NCBI GenBank assembly: GCA_963816185.1
Contig: CAWFJJ010000006.1
Location: 1,326-65,325 of the forward strand
Length of the DNA: 64,000 nucleotides
Direction: 5' to 3'
DNA from: Thermoanaerobaculia bacterium
GTDB taxonomy: Bacteria > Acidobacteriota > Thermoanaerobaculia > UBA5066
Shown here one piece after another: positions 10,101-16,725 of the stretch. Under the pieces are notes generated by a model. It had not been told where the DNA came from. It saw only the letters and a program-made list of their open reading frames with translations, and did no database searches. Each line of letters starts with the position of its first letter. The stretch's first letter is position 1. Both the position numbers and the translations under genes were made by a program.

Positions 10101-10264
10101 GCCGGACGTCGTTCGTGATCGCCCACAGGCTCAGCACCATCCGCGACGCGGACGTCATCCTCGTCCTGGAGAAGGGACGTCTCGTCGAGCACGGGACTCA
10201 CGACGAGCTGATGGACCGCCAGGGGCTCTACTACTACCTGTCGAGCCAGCAGCTCGGGATCTAG
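7082..10264 (+). CDS. peptidase C39 domain-containing ABC exporter with two N-terminal cyclic-nucleotide-binding-like domains
   Basis: 1060-aa ORF. Two CAP/cNMP-type segments (..GDSFGEMGLL.. and ..GDVFGEISAF..). C39 catalytic motifs QIDEMDCGAASLAMV (Cys) and GGNHWVVLYDV (His). ABC membrane domain, Walker A GRSGSGKTT, signature LSGGQKQR, Walker B VLIFDEATS. Confidence 0.9.
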   Translation: MDMEAVTSKASSAAASEIEAARIFLDDLPLLKFLSPASRAAVTAKFVPVAFPFGAVILREGDPADAFFVVVAGKARAVKTGEQGEEVSLGVLRPGDSFGEMGLLDPSAKRQATVRASSAATVLRLDRNAFDALLSGDPEIRTCLELHVRYRSLQNLFRLYTPFSTLPPSVLAGLLHRFETISVAAGEAVFRQGDGEGPLFVVEEGRLRVFTEDDGHRRNIAYLRKGDVFGEISAFTGEPRKATVEAVTPCRLLSLHPSAFRAVTDAHPEFRAAIGRRIAQYDYRKEARVPLDFADELLPAEAQVEEVGPDQIDEDADRPPDESSAEGSAAPFATEDGRFVKGPRRIRRFRFVRQIDEMDCGAASLAMVCRHFGRAVSLARIRQLLFTSTDGTSLRAVCRGAEELGLAARSVKASARHLDQMPLPAILHWGGNHWVVLYDVSPTEARVADPGVGLRRLPRAEVEKEWTGYAALFDYTEAFEKAPVGRSSFAWLTRFFRPHAGVLAKAAGLALIVSVLQMVLPVFSQVIVDRVLVERDEGLLRILLFGMGGVLVFSTLAMVLQRYLLSFAAVRIDASTLDFVTRRLLSLPMSYFSTRKTGDIQRRLMGLRQVRELLVQYGVSSLTALSQLSAVLILMFVYSPLLAGVFLATVPLYALLMRYSRRRLRPVFDTLEEAFGKYSAQQIDTIKGIETVKSLGAEGSLRQLMLERFLGLARKQFRADFTVMTYEGAVQAVSFLSTALFLWAGAVQVMRGSLTIGGLVAFNTLVALANAPIGILLATWDHLQYGTVLLDRLNDVFEQKPEQGDDRSQLLPVRTLAGKVSLRNVGFRFGGPESPLILDGLTFDVDPGKMVAIVGRSGSGKTTLAKLLSGLMEPTEGSILFDGADLKTLNYRDLRRRVGFVLQENYLFDETIARNIAFGDGEPDVDRVLWAARVASAHEFVERFPLGYDTRVGESGLALSGGQKQRVAIARAVYNRPPVLIFDEATSSLDTESERAVKENLDRLLEGRTSFVIAHRLSTIRDADVILVLEKGRLVEHGTHDELMDRQGLYYYLSSQQLGI

Positions 10265-11466
10265 ATGGACGAGGCGCCGTTCCTCCCGAGCGACCCGCCG
10301 CCCTTCGCGGCCCGGAGCCTCGCATGGCTCCTGATCGCCCTCTTCGCAGTGGCCGCTGTCGTATCGGTGGCGGTCAAGGTTCCCGAAACGGTCGTCGCCC
10401 CGTTCGCCCTTGTGCCCATGCGCGGCACCGATCCGGTTCGCGCTCCGCACGGAGGCACGGTCACGGAGGCTCTTGCCGTCGAGGGGCGCCCCGTGGCCAA
10501 GGGCGCGAGGCTCTTTGCCATCCGGTCGCAGGAGTTCGGGGACAGGGCCTCCGAGCGGAAGGCGCTCGAAGCAGGCCTCGGCGGACTTGCCGAGAGCCTT
10601 TCCAACGCCCGGAAGAGATTCGACAGCGAGGCCGGCGAGAGGCGTGAGGAGGCCCGGAGTCTCGCCGATCGCGCGGCCTATCTCGATCGGATGCTGGCTT
10701 TGAAGAGGGAGCAGCTCGCCTTGACGCTGGAGCAGTCCGAGCGGGCGAAGAAGCTCGCCGACCAGGGGCTCGCGAGCTTCAACGACCGTTCCGACGCCCA
10801 GATCCGGCACAGCCAGACCGTCATGGAGCTCGAGCAGCTCCAGTCCGACCGGAGCGCGACCGGGAGCGCCATCGAGAAGCTTCGCGACACCGAAGCGGCG
10901 AAGGGGACCGAGTTCCACGAGGAGGAGCGGGTCCTCGAGGAGAAGATCGCTCAGGCGAGAATCAGGATCGGCGCGCTCAGCGGGGGGCGCCCTCCGCCGG
11001 CGGAGACGAATCTGGAAACGAGCTGGCCGTCACTTCTCCGTGCGACGGCACCGTTCTCGGCGTCACGGCGCGGCGGGCCGGGGCGGTGGTCCGCGAAGGC
11101 GACGTCCTCGCCGAGGTCGCCTGCTCCGCCGAGACCCTGCAGGCCGAGCTGAGCCTCCCGCAGGGAGGGCTCTCCCGGATCCACCCCGGCCAGAGCGTCC
11201 GCCTCCTCCTCGACGCGTTCCCGTACCAGCGCTACGGCGTCCGCGGGGGAAGGGTCCGGTGGGCCAGCCCCTCCGGGGTCGGGACCCGCGAGGCCGCGAC
11301 CTTCCCCGTCCTCGTCGACCTGGACGAGCAGGCCGTCCCGGCGGACGGCGAGCGCAAGCCGCTCCTGGCGGGAATGCGCGGCACCGCGCGCGTCGTCGTC
11401 GGCCGCCGCACGCTCGTCGAGTACGCCTTCGAGCCTCTCCGGCAGCTTCGGGAGAACCTCCGGTGA
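10265..11466 (+). CDS. HlyD-family membrane-fusion/adaptor protein, reading frame interrupted once
   Basis: The ATG abuts the exporter stop (TAGATG). The N-terminal ~240 codons (TM helix LAWLLIALFAVAAVV, long coiled coil) are in one frame. The C-terminal barrel part (NELAVTSPCDGTVLGVTARRAGAVVREGDVLAEV...GMRGTARVVVGRRTLVEY) is in another. The two join only if the run GGGGGG at 10982-10987 gains or loses one G. Confidence 0.75.
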
Positions 11467-11532
11467 CGCGGAAGAGCTTCGCTCGACGCGACGCAACTCA
11501 CGCTCGAGACCTTCCGGAGCGCCGACGCCGCG

Positions 11533-12438
11533 ATGCGCCGCTGCCTCGACGTGGCGCGTGCCGCCTGCCGGACCGAGCTTCCGCTCCTCCTCCTCGGCGA
11601 GTCGGGGACCGGAAAGACGCTCCTCGCCCAGGCGATCCACAACTCCTCTCCGAGAGCGTCGGCTCCCTTCGTCTCCTTCAACGCCGCGGCCCTCTCCGAC
11701 ACGCTCCTCGACAGCCAGCTCTTCGGCCACGAGAAAGGGGCGTTCACGGACGCCAAGCAGCCGCTGCGCGGCAAGTTCGAGGTCGCCGACGGCGGGACCC
11801 TCTTCATCGACGAGATCGCCGACATGAGCCCGCTCGCCCAGGCGAAGATCCTCCGGGCGGTCGAATACGGAGAGTTCGAGAGGCTCGGATCCGAGCGGCT
11901 CCGCAAGGCGGACGTCCGCCTGATCTCGGCCACCCGCCACCCGCTGGAGCGGTTTGCGAACACCGAGCAGTTCCGGAGCGATCTCTTCTACAGGCTCGCG
12001 GGGCTCACCGTCACCCTTCCCCCGCTGCGCGAGCGGCCGAACGACCTGCGCGAGCTCGTCGCGGCCTCGATCCATCGCGCCGCTCACGCACAGGGACGGA
12101 CCATCTCCGGTCTCTCCCAGAAGGCCGCCGATGCCCTTTTCTCGTATCACTGGCCCGGGAATCTCCGGGAGCTCGACCTCGTCATCCACGCCGCAGTCGC
12201 GATGACCGAGGGCTCGGTGATCGAGGAATTTGCGATCCTGGTCCGAAACAACGGCGGGCCCGGGACGTCCCCTTCCGCCGCGCGGCCGGTCCCTGCGGCC
12301 GACCTGAGCCTCCGGGCCGTCGAGCGAGACCACATTCACCGGGTCCTCCGGGAGCTCGGGGGGAACAAGACGAGGGCCGCCAGGACCCTCGGCATCTCGC
12401 GCTCCCGCCTCGAGAGGAAGCTCAACGACGCGAAGTGA
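11533..12438 (+). CDS. sigma-54-dependent transcriptional activator (bEBP) lacking an N-terminal sensory domain
   Basis: 301-aa ORF. AAA+ core GESGTGKT, GAFTDA (GAFTGA variant), LFIDEIADM, WPGNLRELD. C-terminal Fis-type HTH NKTRAARTLGISRSRLERKL. Only ~22 in-frame codons separate the HlyD stop from the first ATG, so there is no room for a receiver, GAF or PAS module. Confidence 0.85.
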   Translation: MRRCLDVARAACRTELPLLLLGESGTGKTLLAQAIHNSSPRASAPFVSFNAAALSDTLLDSQLFGHEKGAFTDAKQPLRGKFEVADGGTLFIDEIADMSPLAQAKILRAVEYGEFERLGSERLRKADVRLISATRHPLERFANTEQFRSDLFYRLAGLTVTLPPLRERPNDLRELVAASIHRAAHAQGRTISGLSQKAADALFSYHWPGNLRELDLVIHAAVAMTEGSVIEEFAILVRNNGGPGTSPSAARPVPAADLSLRAVERDHIHRVLRELGGNKTRAARTLGISRSRLERKLNDAK

Positions 12439-12487
12439 CCGGGCACGGGCGACGGCGACCGCGACAATGAGCCTCGGAACGAGCTAC

Positions 12488-12518
12488 TCGAAACGATGCA
12501 GCAACGCATCGAAACGAT
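12488..12518 (+). promoter_or_regulatory. candidate enhancer (UAS): two TCGAAACGAT boxes 21 nt apart flanking the inverted repeat GATGC-N6-GCATC
   Basis: TCGAAACGAT at 12488-12497 and 12509-12518. GATGCagcaacGCATC at 12495-12510. Lies 56-86 nt upstream of the -24 element. A second inverted repeat, CTGAGA-N5-TCTCAG (12554-12570), abuts the promoter. Confidence 0.3.
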
Positions 12519-12573
12519 ACAGCCCGGGTCCGGAATTCACCGCCATCGCGCGCCTGAGACTGTTTCTCAGCGG

Positions 12574-12589
12574 TGGAACGGTCCTTGCT
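12574..12589 (+). promoter_or_regulatory. sigma-54 (-24/-12) promoter heading the peptide-gene array
   Basis: TGGAAC-GGTCC-TTGCT. GG (12575-76) and GC (12587-88) have the canonical 12-nt register of TGGCAC-N5-TTGC. Located 135 nt downstream of the bEBP stop and 42 nt upstream of the first leader-type RBS and start. Confidence 0.6.
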
Positions 12590-12630
12590 CCGCCCGGGCC
12601 CGGTCCCGAATTCGAGAAAGGAGAAACGAC

Positions 12631-12772
12631 GTGAACCACGAAGAAAACCCCCTCGGGCTTCTACAAGAAGGCGGTGAAGGACCTCGACGTCAAGCCCGCC
12701 AAGGTGACGTCCGCCCGGGCGTCCAGTCTCGAACCGGCCGTCAGCGACCGCGAAGAAGGCGAAGAACCGATC
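12631..12772 (+). pseudogene. decayed copy of the Lys-rich leader peptide gene
   Basis: Preceded by the family RBS (GAAAGGAGAAACGAC-GTG). The nucleotide sequence aligns to the leader consensus only with several small indels. The motif KDLDVKPAK is readable only in a shifted frame and both GG motifs are lost. Confidence 0.5.
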
Positions 12773-12913
12773 ATGAAGAAGACCCCGAAGAAAAGCGCCC
12801 GGACAAGCTTCTCAAAGAAGACGCGGTCAAGGACCTCGCACCAAGCTCCGCCAAGGGCAGGCGGCACGAGGCGGCACGGGAAGGTCTGTGACAGGGGTGG
12901 ATCGAGCATCTGA
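12773..12913 (+). pseudogene. divergent or decayed leader-peptide gene copy (46-codon ORF still open)
   Basis: MKKTPKKSARTSFSKKTRSRTSHQAPPRAGGTRRHGKVCDRGGSSI. The N-terminus (MKKTPKK) and C-terminus (..RGG-SSI) match the family, but the central AVKDLxxKPAKGG block is encoded out of frame (DAVKDLAPSSAKG in another frame). Confidence 0.4.
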
Positions 12914-12968
12914 CGAGCGACCTCCAGCTCGGCAAGGTTCTCGTCCGAGAGATTCCTGTCACTGCGAC

Positions 12969-13190
12969 ATGAAGACGGGCCGCCGCAAGACGAAGCCGTC
13001 GCCGGGGTTCGTCCCCCTCAGGGACCTCGTCCCCCGAAACGACCCCAAGGGCGGGTCGGCCGGGAAGACGGTATTCGGTGAACGTCCCCCGATCGCTCGA
13101 GACAGAAGAAAAGCACCCCTTCAAGGATGTTCCGGCCGAACGAAGGCAGAAGCCGGGTCACGACCGAAACAGGAAGAAAGGAGAAACGCC
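12969..13190 (+). repeat. R-element copy 1 (Arg-rich ORF MKTGRRKTKPSPGFVPLRDLVPRNDPKGGSAGKTVFGERPP.., fused in frame to precursor A by a 1-nt difference)
   Basis: ~225-nt element shared with 5 other copies. It ends in the conserved box CCGGCCGAACGAAGGCAGAAGCCGGGTCACGACCGAAACAGGAAGAAAGGAGAAACG plus the start codon of the next gene. Confidence 0.7.
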
Positions 13191-13376
13191 ATGAAGAAGA
13201 CCACGAAGAAAAGCTCCTCGAAGGCCTCTCACAAGAGAGCCCGCAAAAACCTCGACGTCACGCCTGCCAAGGGCGGGACCGTCCGGGGAGGCGGCAAGGC
13301 GGGCTCGGGCAGGACTACTGTCAGCGACCTCCAGATCAGCAAAGTTGTCGACAAGAGTTCAGCCGTGCTGTTCTGA
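13191..13376 (+). CDS. precursor peptide A: MKKTTKKSSSKASHKRARKNLDVTPAKGGTVRGG / GKAGSGRTTVSDLQISKVVDKSSAVLF
   Basis: ATG preceded by AAAGGAGAAACGCC. 61 codons. Family leader plus a 27-residue C-terminal part. Confidence 0.8.
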   Translation: MKKTTKKSSSKASHKRARKNLDVTPAKGGTVRGGGKAGSGRTTVSDLQISKVVDKSSAVLF

Positions 13377-13399
13377 GAGCGACCTGCTCGAAGACTGGC

Positions 13400-14542
13400 A
13401 TGGTACGGCTTCCGACGATCCCGGACACTCCCGCCAAAGGCCCGGCTCCGCTCCATGCACGCTGGCTCGAAGAGGCCCTCGGGGGAAAGATCCCCTCCGA
13501 GCCCCACGCCACGTGCGAGAGCTGCCCCATGCTCCCTGTGCCCGGCGGCGCGGACGGGGCCCGGGACGCGGTCTTCTTCAATCCCAAGACGAAGTGCTGC
13601 ACCTACCTGCCGAGGCTTCACAACTTTCTCGTCGGCGCGATCCTGGCAGACGAGGCGCCCGACATGGCCGAAGGGCAGGCGCGCGTTCTCGAGAGGATCG
13701 GAAAAAGGGTCGGCGTGACGCCGCTTTGGGTCGGCGCCGGTGGAGCGTACAGCCTCATGTACGACCACGGTGACGGGGTCTTCGGCCACAGCGAGGCGAT
13801 GCGCTGCCCCTACTACCTCGAGGATCGGATCGGCGGCGGCTGCGGGATATGGCGTCACCGCAATTCCATCTGCATGACCTGGTTCTGCAAGCACGAGCGC
13901 GGGGCCCGGGCGCTGCGGTTCTGGGACTCGGCCAAAGAGCTGCTGATGGCCGTCGAGGAGAACCTCGCGATCCACTGCCTCGTCACCCTCGGTTTCGACG
14001 ACGCGGCGCTCCGGACCAATTTCCCGTTCAAGGTTCCGAAGTCTCAGCGGACGGAAACCGTGAAGGGGGACGAGCTCGACGGCACGGTGAGCCCCGAGAG
14101 GTACAAGGCCCTCTGGGGAAGCTGGGCTGGCCGCGAGAAGGAGCTCTACCTCCTAAGCGACGGGATCGTCCGGAACATGGAGTGGAAGGACGTCGAGCGA
14201 ATCGGCGGCGCGAACGTCGCTCTCCTCTCGCAGCTCGCACGCGCTGCCTACCAGACGGCAGCCAGCGACGCTCTTCCGGAGCGCCTCGAAATCGGCAACC
14301 TCAACGTCATCGGCGCCGGGCGTAAGACCGTGCGCCTCGGCACCTACAGCCCATACGACCCCATCGATGCTCCTGCCGCGCTTCTTCCGGCATTGCCCGC
14401 CTTCGACGGCTCCAGGGTACCCGACGCCCTCCGCGCGATCGAGAAGGATCATGGGCTCGTCCTGAGCCCCGAGCTCGTCCGAAAGCTCGTCGACTACGGC
14501 CTGCTCCGCGCGGTGACCGCCCCCGAAGACGAGCGAGTCTAA
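13400..14542 (+). CDS. Cys-rich protein, paralogue 1 (YkgJ/FliB-like CxxC...CC metal-cluster motifs); candidate peptide-tailoring enzyme
   Basis: 380 codons from ATG 13400 within ORF 13127..14542, 23 nt after precursor A. Conserved Cys pattern C-ESC...KCCTYLPRL...MRCPYYLEDRIGGGCGIWRHRNSICMTWFCKHE. The CPYYLEDRxxxxC...RxxxC block resembles the PF03692 (CxxCxxCC / flagellin lysine-N-methylase FliB) family as I remember it. Confidence 0.7.
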   Translation: MVRLPTIPDTPAKGPAPLHARWLEEALGGKIPSEPHATCESCPMLPVPGGADGARDAVFFNPKTKCCTYLPRLHNFLVGAILADEAPDMAEGQARVLERIGKRVGVTPLWVGAGGAYSLMYDHGDGVFGHSEAMRCPYYLEDRIGGGCGIWRHRNSICMTWFCKHERGARALRFWDSAKELLMAVEENLAIHCLVTLGFDDAALRTNFPFKVPKSQRTETVKGDELDGTVSPERYKALWGSWAGREKELYLLSDGIVRNMEWKDVERIGGANVALLSQLARAAYQTAASDALPERLEIGNLNVIGAGRKTVRLGTYSPYDPIDAPAALLPALPAFDGSRVPDALRAIEKDHGLVLSPELVRKLVDYGLLRAVTAPEDERV

Positions 14543-14605
14543 CCAGAACTCGATGAGAAGGCCGAAGCCGGGTCATGAACAAATCAGGGCAAAAGGAGAA
14601 ACGAC

Positions 14606-14737
14606 GTGAAGAAGACCACGAAGAAAAGCCCCTCGAAGGCATCTCACAAGAAGGCGGTCAAGAACCTCGAGCTCAAAACGGTTAAGAGCGGGACGGTCCG
14701 AGGAGGAGTACCCGCGGTCCAAAAGTCAGGGAGATAG
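14606..14737 (+). CDS. precursor peptide B: MKKTTKKSPSKASHKKAVKNLELKTVKSGTVRGG / VPAVQKSGR
   Basis: GTG start 6 nt after AAAGGAGAAACGAC. 43 codons. TAG stop at 14735. Confidence 0.8.
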   Translation: MKKTTKKSPSKASHKKAVKNLELKTVKSGTVRGGVPAVQKSGR

Positions 14738-14747
14738 GAGGAGCAAC

Positions 14748-14885
14748 ATGAAAAAGATCGCGAAGAAGGGCGCCCCGAAGGCCTCTCACAAGAAATCGGT
14801 CAAGGACCTCGAGATCAAGCCCGCCAAGGGCGGGACGGGCGAGACGGTCCGTGGCGGCAAGATGATCGACAAGATCCACATCTGA
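14748..14885 (+). CDS. precursor peptide C: MKKIAKKGAPKASHKKSVKDLEIKPAKGGTGETVRGG / KMIDKIHI
   Basis: ATG after GGAGGAGCAAC. 45 codons. Leader carries the 3-residue insert GET. Confidence 0.8.
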   Translation: MKKIAKKGAPKASHKKSVKDLEIKPAKGGTGETVRGGKMIDKIHI

Positions 14886-14921
14886 CGAGCGCCGCCTGCT
14901 GCAAGGATCGCCCGACCTTCG

Positions 14922-15145
14922 ATGATGAAGACAGGCCGCCGAGGACCAAGCCGTCGCCGGGGGTTCGTCCTCCTCAGAGATCTCATCCCTCGAAACGACC
15001 CCAAAGGCGGGTCGGCCGGGAAAACGGTATTCGGTGAACGTCCCACGGTCCTCGAGACAGAAGAAAAGCACCCCCATGAGGATGTTCCGGCCGAACGAAG
15101 GCAGACGCCGGGTCACGGCCGAAACAGGAGGAAAGGAGACACGAT
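14922..15145 (+). repeat. R-element copy 2 (intact 75-codon ORF 14922..15149: MMKTGRRGPSRRRGFVLLRDLIPRNDPKGGSAGKTVFGERPTVLETEEKH...)
   Basis: Same element as 12969, 15772, 16505, 18386 and 18945. The ORF stop overlaps the precursor D start (ATGA). Confidence 0.7.
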
Positions 15146-15286
15146 ATGAAGAAGACCACGAAGAAGACCCCGAAGGCCTCGCACAAGAAGGCGGTCAGGA
15201 ACCTCGACGTCAAGCCCGCGAAGGGTGGAACGGTCCGTGGCGGAATACATGGTGGCTGGGACCAGCTCGCGAACAAGAAAGTTTGA
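15146..15286 (+). CDS. precursor peptide D: MKKTTKKTPKASHKKAVRNLDVKPAKGGTVRGG / IHGGWDQLANKKV
   Basis: ATG after AAAGGAGACACGAT. 46 codons. Confidence 0.8.
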   Translation: MKKTTKKTPKASHKKAVRNLDVKPAKGGTVRGGIHGGWDQLANKKV

Positions 15287-15373
15287 GTTCCTGGAACACC
15301 CTTCTTAGAAAGTCCGGTCGAACGAAGGTAGAAGCCGGGTCACGACCGAAACAGGAAGTAAGGAGAAGACGTC

Positions 15374-15520
15374 ATGAACAACCCCAAGAAGAAGAGCGCC
15401 TCGAAGGCCTCCCACAAGAGGAAGGTGAAGGACCTCGAGATCAAGCCCGCCAAAGGAGGGACCGTCCGTGGAGGCAAGGTCTTTCCCAAGGTGACCACGG
15501 GTTTGCTCGACAAGTACTAG
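15374..15520 (+). CDS. precursor peptide E: MNNPKKKSASKASHKRKVKDLEIKPAKGGTVRGG / KVFPKVTTGLLDKY
   Basis: ATG after GTAAGGAGAAGACGTC. 48 codons. Confidence 0.8.
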   Translation: MNNPKKKSASKASHKRKVKDLEIKPAKGGTVRGGKVFPKVTTGLLDKY

Positions 15521-15596
15521 CGAGGCTGAAGTTACCCCTTTCGTCGCGCGACCTCGCGCTCGGTCACGACCGAAACAGGAAGAAGGGAGACACGAC

Positions 15597-15734
15597 ATGA
15601 AGAAGAACGCGAAGAAGAACCCTCCGAAGGGTTCCCGAAAGAACGCAATCAAGGACCTCGAGATCAAGCCCGCCAAGGGCGGGACGGACGGGACGGTCCG
15701 TGGCGGCAAGTTCGAGACCAAGATCCACATCTGA
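15597..15734 (+). CDS. precursor peptide F: MKKNAKKNPPKGSRKNAIKDLEIKPAKGGTDGTVRGG / KFETKIHI
   Basis: ATG after AGAAGGGAGACACGAC. 45 codons. Leader insert DGT. Confidence 0.8.
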   Translation: MKKNAKKNPPKGSRKNAIKDLEIKPAKGGTDGTVRGGKFETKIHI

Positions 15735-15771
15735 CGAGGGCCGCTTGCCGTAAGGGCCGATCGGCCCCTCG

Positions 15772-15996
15772 ATGATGAAGACAGTCCGCCGAGGACCAAG
15801 CCTTCGCCAGGGATTCGTTCCCCTCAGGGACCTCGTGCCCTGAAACGACCCCAAGGGGGGGTCCGCTGGGAAGACGGTATTCGGCGAACGTCCCCCGGTT
15901 TCCGTGACAGAAATGACACAGCGCTTCCAGGATGTTCCGGCCGCACGAAGGCAGAAGCCGGGTCACGGTCGAAACAGTAAGTAAGGAGAAGACGTC
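15772..15996 (+). repeat. R-element copy 3 (ORF interrupted by TGA at 15841: MMKTVRRGPSLRQGFVPLRDLVP*)
   Basis: Nucleotide-level homologue of the other R copies, but with an in-frame stop inside the otherwise conserved PRNDPKGG block. Confidence 0.65.
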
Positions 15997-16128
15997 ATGA
16001 ACAACCCCAAGAAGAAGAGCGCCTCGAAGGCTTCCCACAAGAAGACGGTCAAGAACCTCGAGGTCACGCCCGTCAAGGGCGGGAAGGTCCGTGGGGGCTT
16101 CCCGACGCCATGGAAAAACAAGGTCTAA
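15997..16128 (+). CDS. precursor peptide G: MNNPKKKSASKASHKKTVKNLEVTPVKGGKVRGG / FPTPWKNKV
   Basis: ATG after GTAAGGAGAAGACGTC. 43 codons. Confidence 0.8.
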   Translation: MNNPKKKSASKASHKKTVKNLEVTPVKGGKVRGGFPTPWKNKV

Positions 16129-16174
16129 TGCCGCCCGAAATGACGCGCGAATCCAGAAGAAAGGAGAAACGAAC

Positions 16175-16306
16175 ATGAAAAAGACCTCGAAGAAGAGCGC
16201 CTCGAAGGCATCTCACAAGAAGGCGGTCAAGGACCTCGAGGTCAAGCACGCCAAGAGCGGGACGGTTCGCGGAGGACTGCCCCCCGGTCCACCAACCTAC
16301 AAATGA
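16175..16306 (+). CDS. precursor peptide H: MKKTSKKSASKASHKKAVKDLEVKHAKSGTVRGG / LPPGPPTYK
   Basis: ATG after GAAAGGAGAAACGAAC. 43 codons (3' part of ORF 16091..16306). Confidence 0.8.
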   Translation: MKKTSKKSASKASHKKAVKDLEVKHAKSGTVRGGLPPGPPTYK

Positions 16307-16327
16307 GTGGACAAAATGAGAACCGAC

Positions 16328-16453
16328 ATGAAGAAGACCACGAAGAAAGACCCTTCGAAGGCCTCTAAGAAGAAGGCGGTCAAAAACCTCGAGGTCAAGC
16401 CCGCGAGGGGTGGAACGGTCCGCGGAGGCTGGGACCCGACCAAAGCGCGATAG
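16328..16453 (+). CDS. precursor peptide I: MKKTTKKDPSKASKKKAVKNLEVKPARGGTVRGG / WDPTKAR
   Basis: 41 codons. No obvious SD. An in-frame ATG at 16316 would add MRTD. Starts 22 nt after precursor H. Confidence 0.7.
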   Translation: MKKTTKKDPSKASKKKAVKNLEVKPARGGTVRGGWDPTKAR

Positions 16454-16504
16454 CGTCGAAACGAGTCACTCGAAACGACCCCTTCTCCGAAAGTGAACCG
16501 CGAG

Positions 16505-16725
16505 ATGAAGACAGGCCGCGGTAAGACAAAGCCCTCGCCGGGGTTCGTCCCCCTCAGGGACCTCATCCCCCGAAACGATCCCAAGGGCGGGTCGGCCGGG
16601 AAGACGGTATTCGGCGAGCGTCCCCCGGTCCTCGAGGCAGAAGAAAAGCACCCCTTCAAGGATGTTCCGGCCGAACGAAGGCAAAAGCCGGGTCACGACC
16701 GAAACAGGAAGAGAGGAGAGACGAC
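16505..16725 (+). repeat. R-element copy 4 (ORF 16493/16505..16729: MKTGRGKTKPSPGFVPLRDLIPRNDPKGGSAGKTVFGERPPVLEAEEKH...)
   Basis: Belongs with copy 1 to a subclass that differs from copies 2, 5 and 6 by a compensated pair of 1-nt indels near the 5' end. Preceded by two TCGAAACGA boxes (16456, 16470). Confidence 0.7.

Noticed and set aside
8051-10918. 955-aa reverse-strand ORF covering the exporter and HlyD genes
   Set aside because: It is antisense to a well-supported ABC/C39 gene. Its composition is dominated by Arg/Gly/Pro/Glu/Asp with no motifs, the typical shadow ORF of a high-GC gene.
13056-13075. GGGAAGACGGTATTCGG inside every R-element as a possible -24/-12 promoter
   Set aside because: GG is present, but the -12 position reads TTC instead of TGC/GC. 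The near-invariant GC dinucleotide is missing in all six copies.
13396-13411. TGGCATGGTACGGCTT, a sigma-54-like string before Cys-rich paralogue 1
   Set aside because: The GG to GC spacing is one nucleotide short of the canonical register, and the string contains the gene's own ATG. It is absent at the paralogous position.
15290-15306. TGGAACACCCTTCTTAG (and TGGAACACCCTTCATAG at about 19317) after precursors D and M
   Set aside because: It has a good -24 half, but no GC at -12. It is conserved only because the two regions are duplicates.
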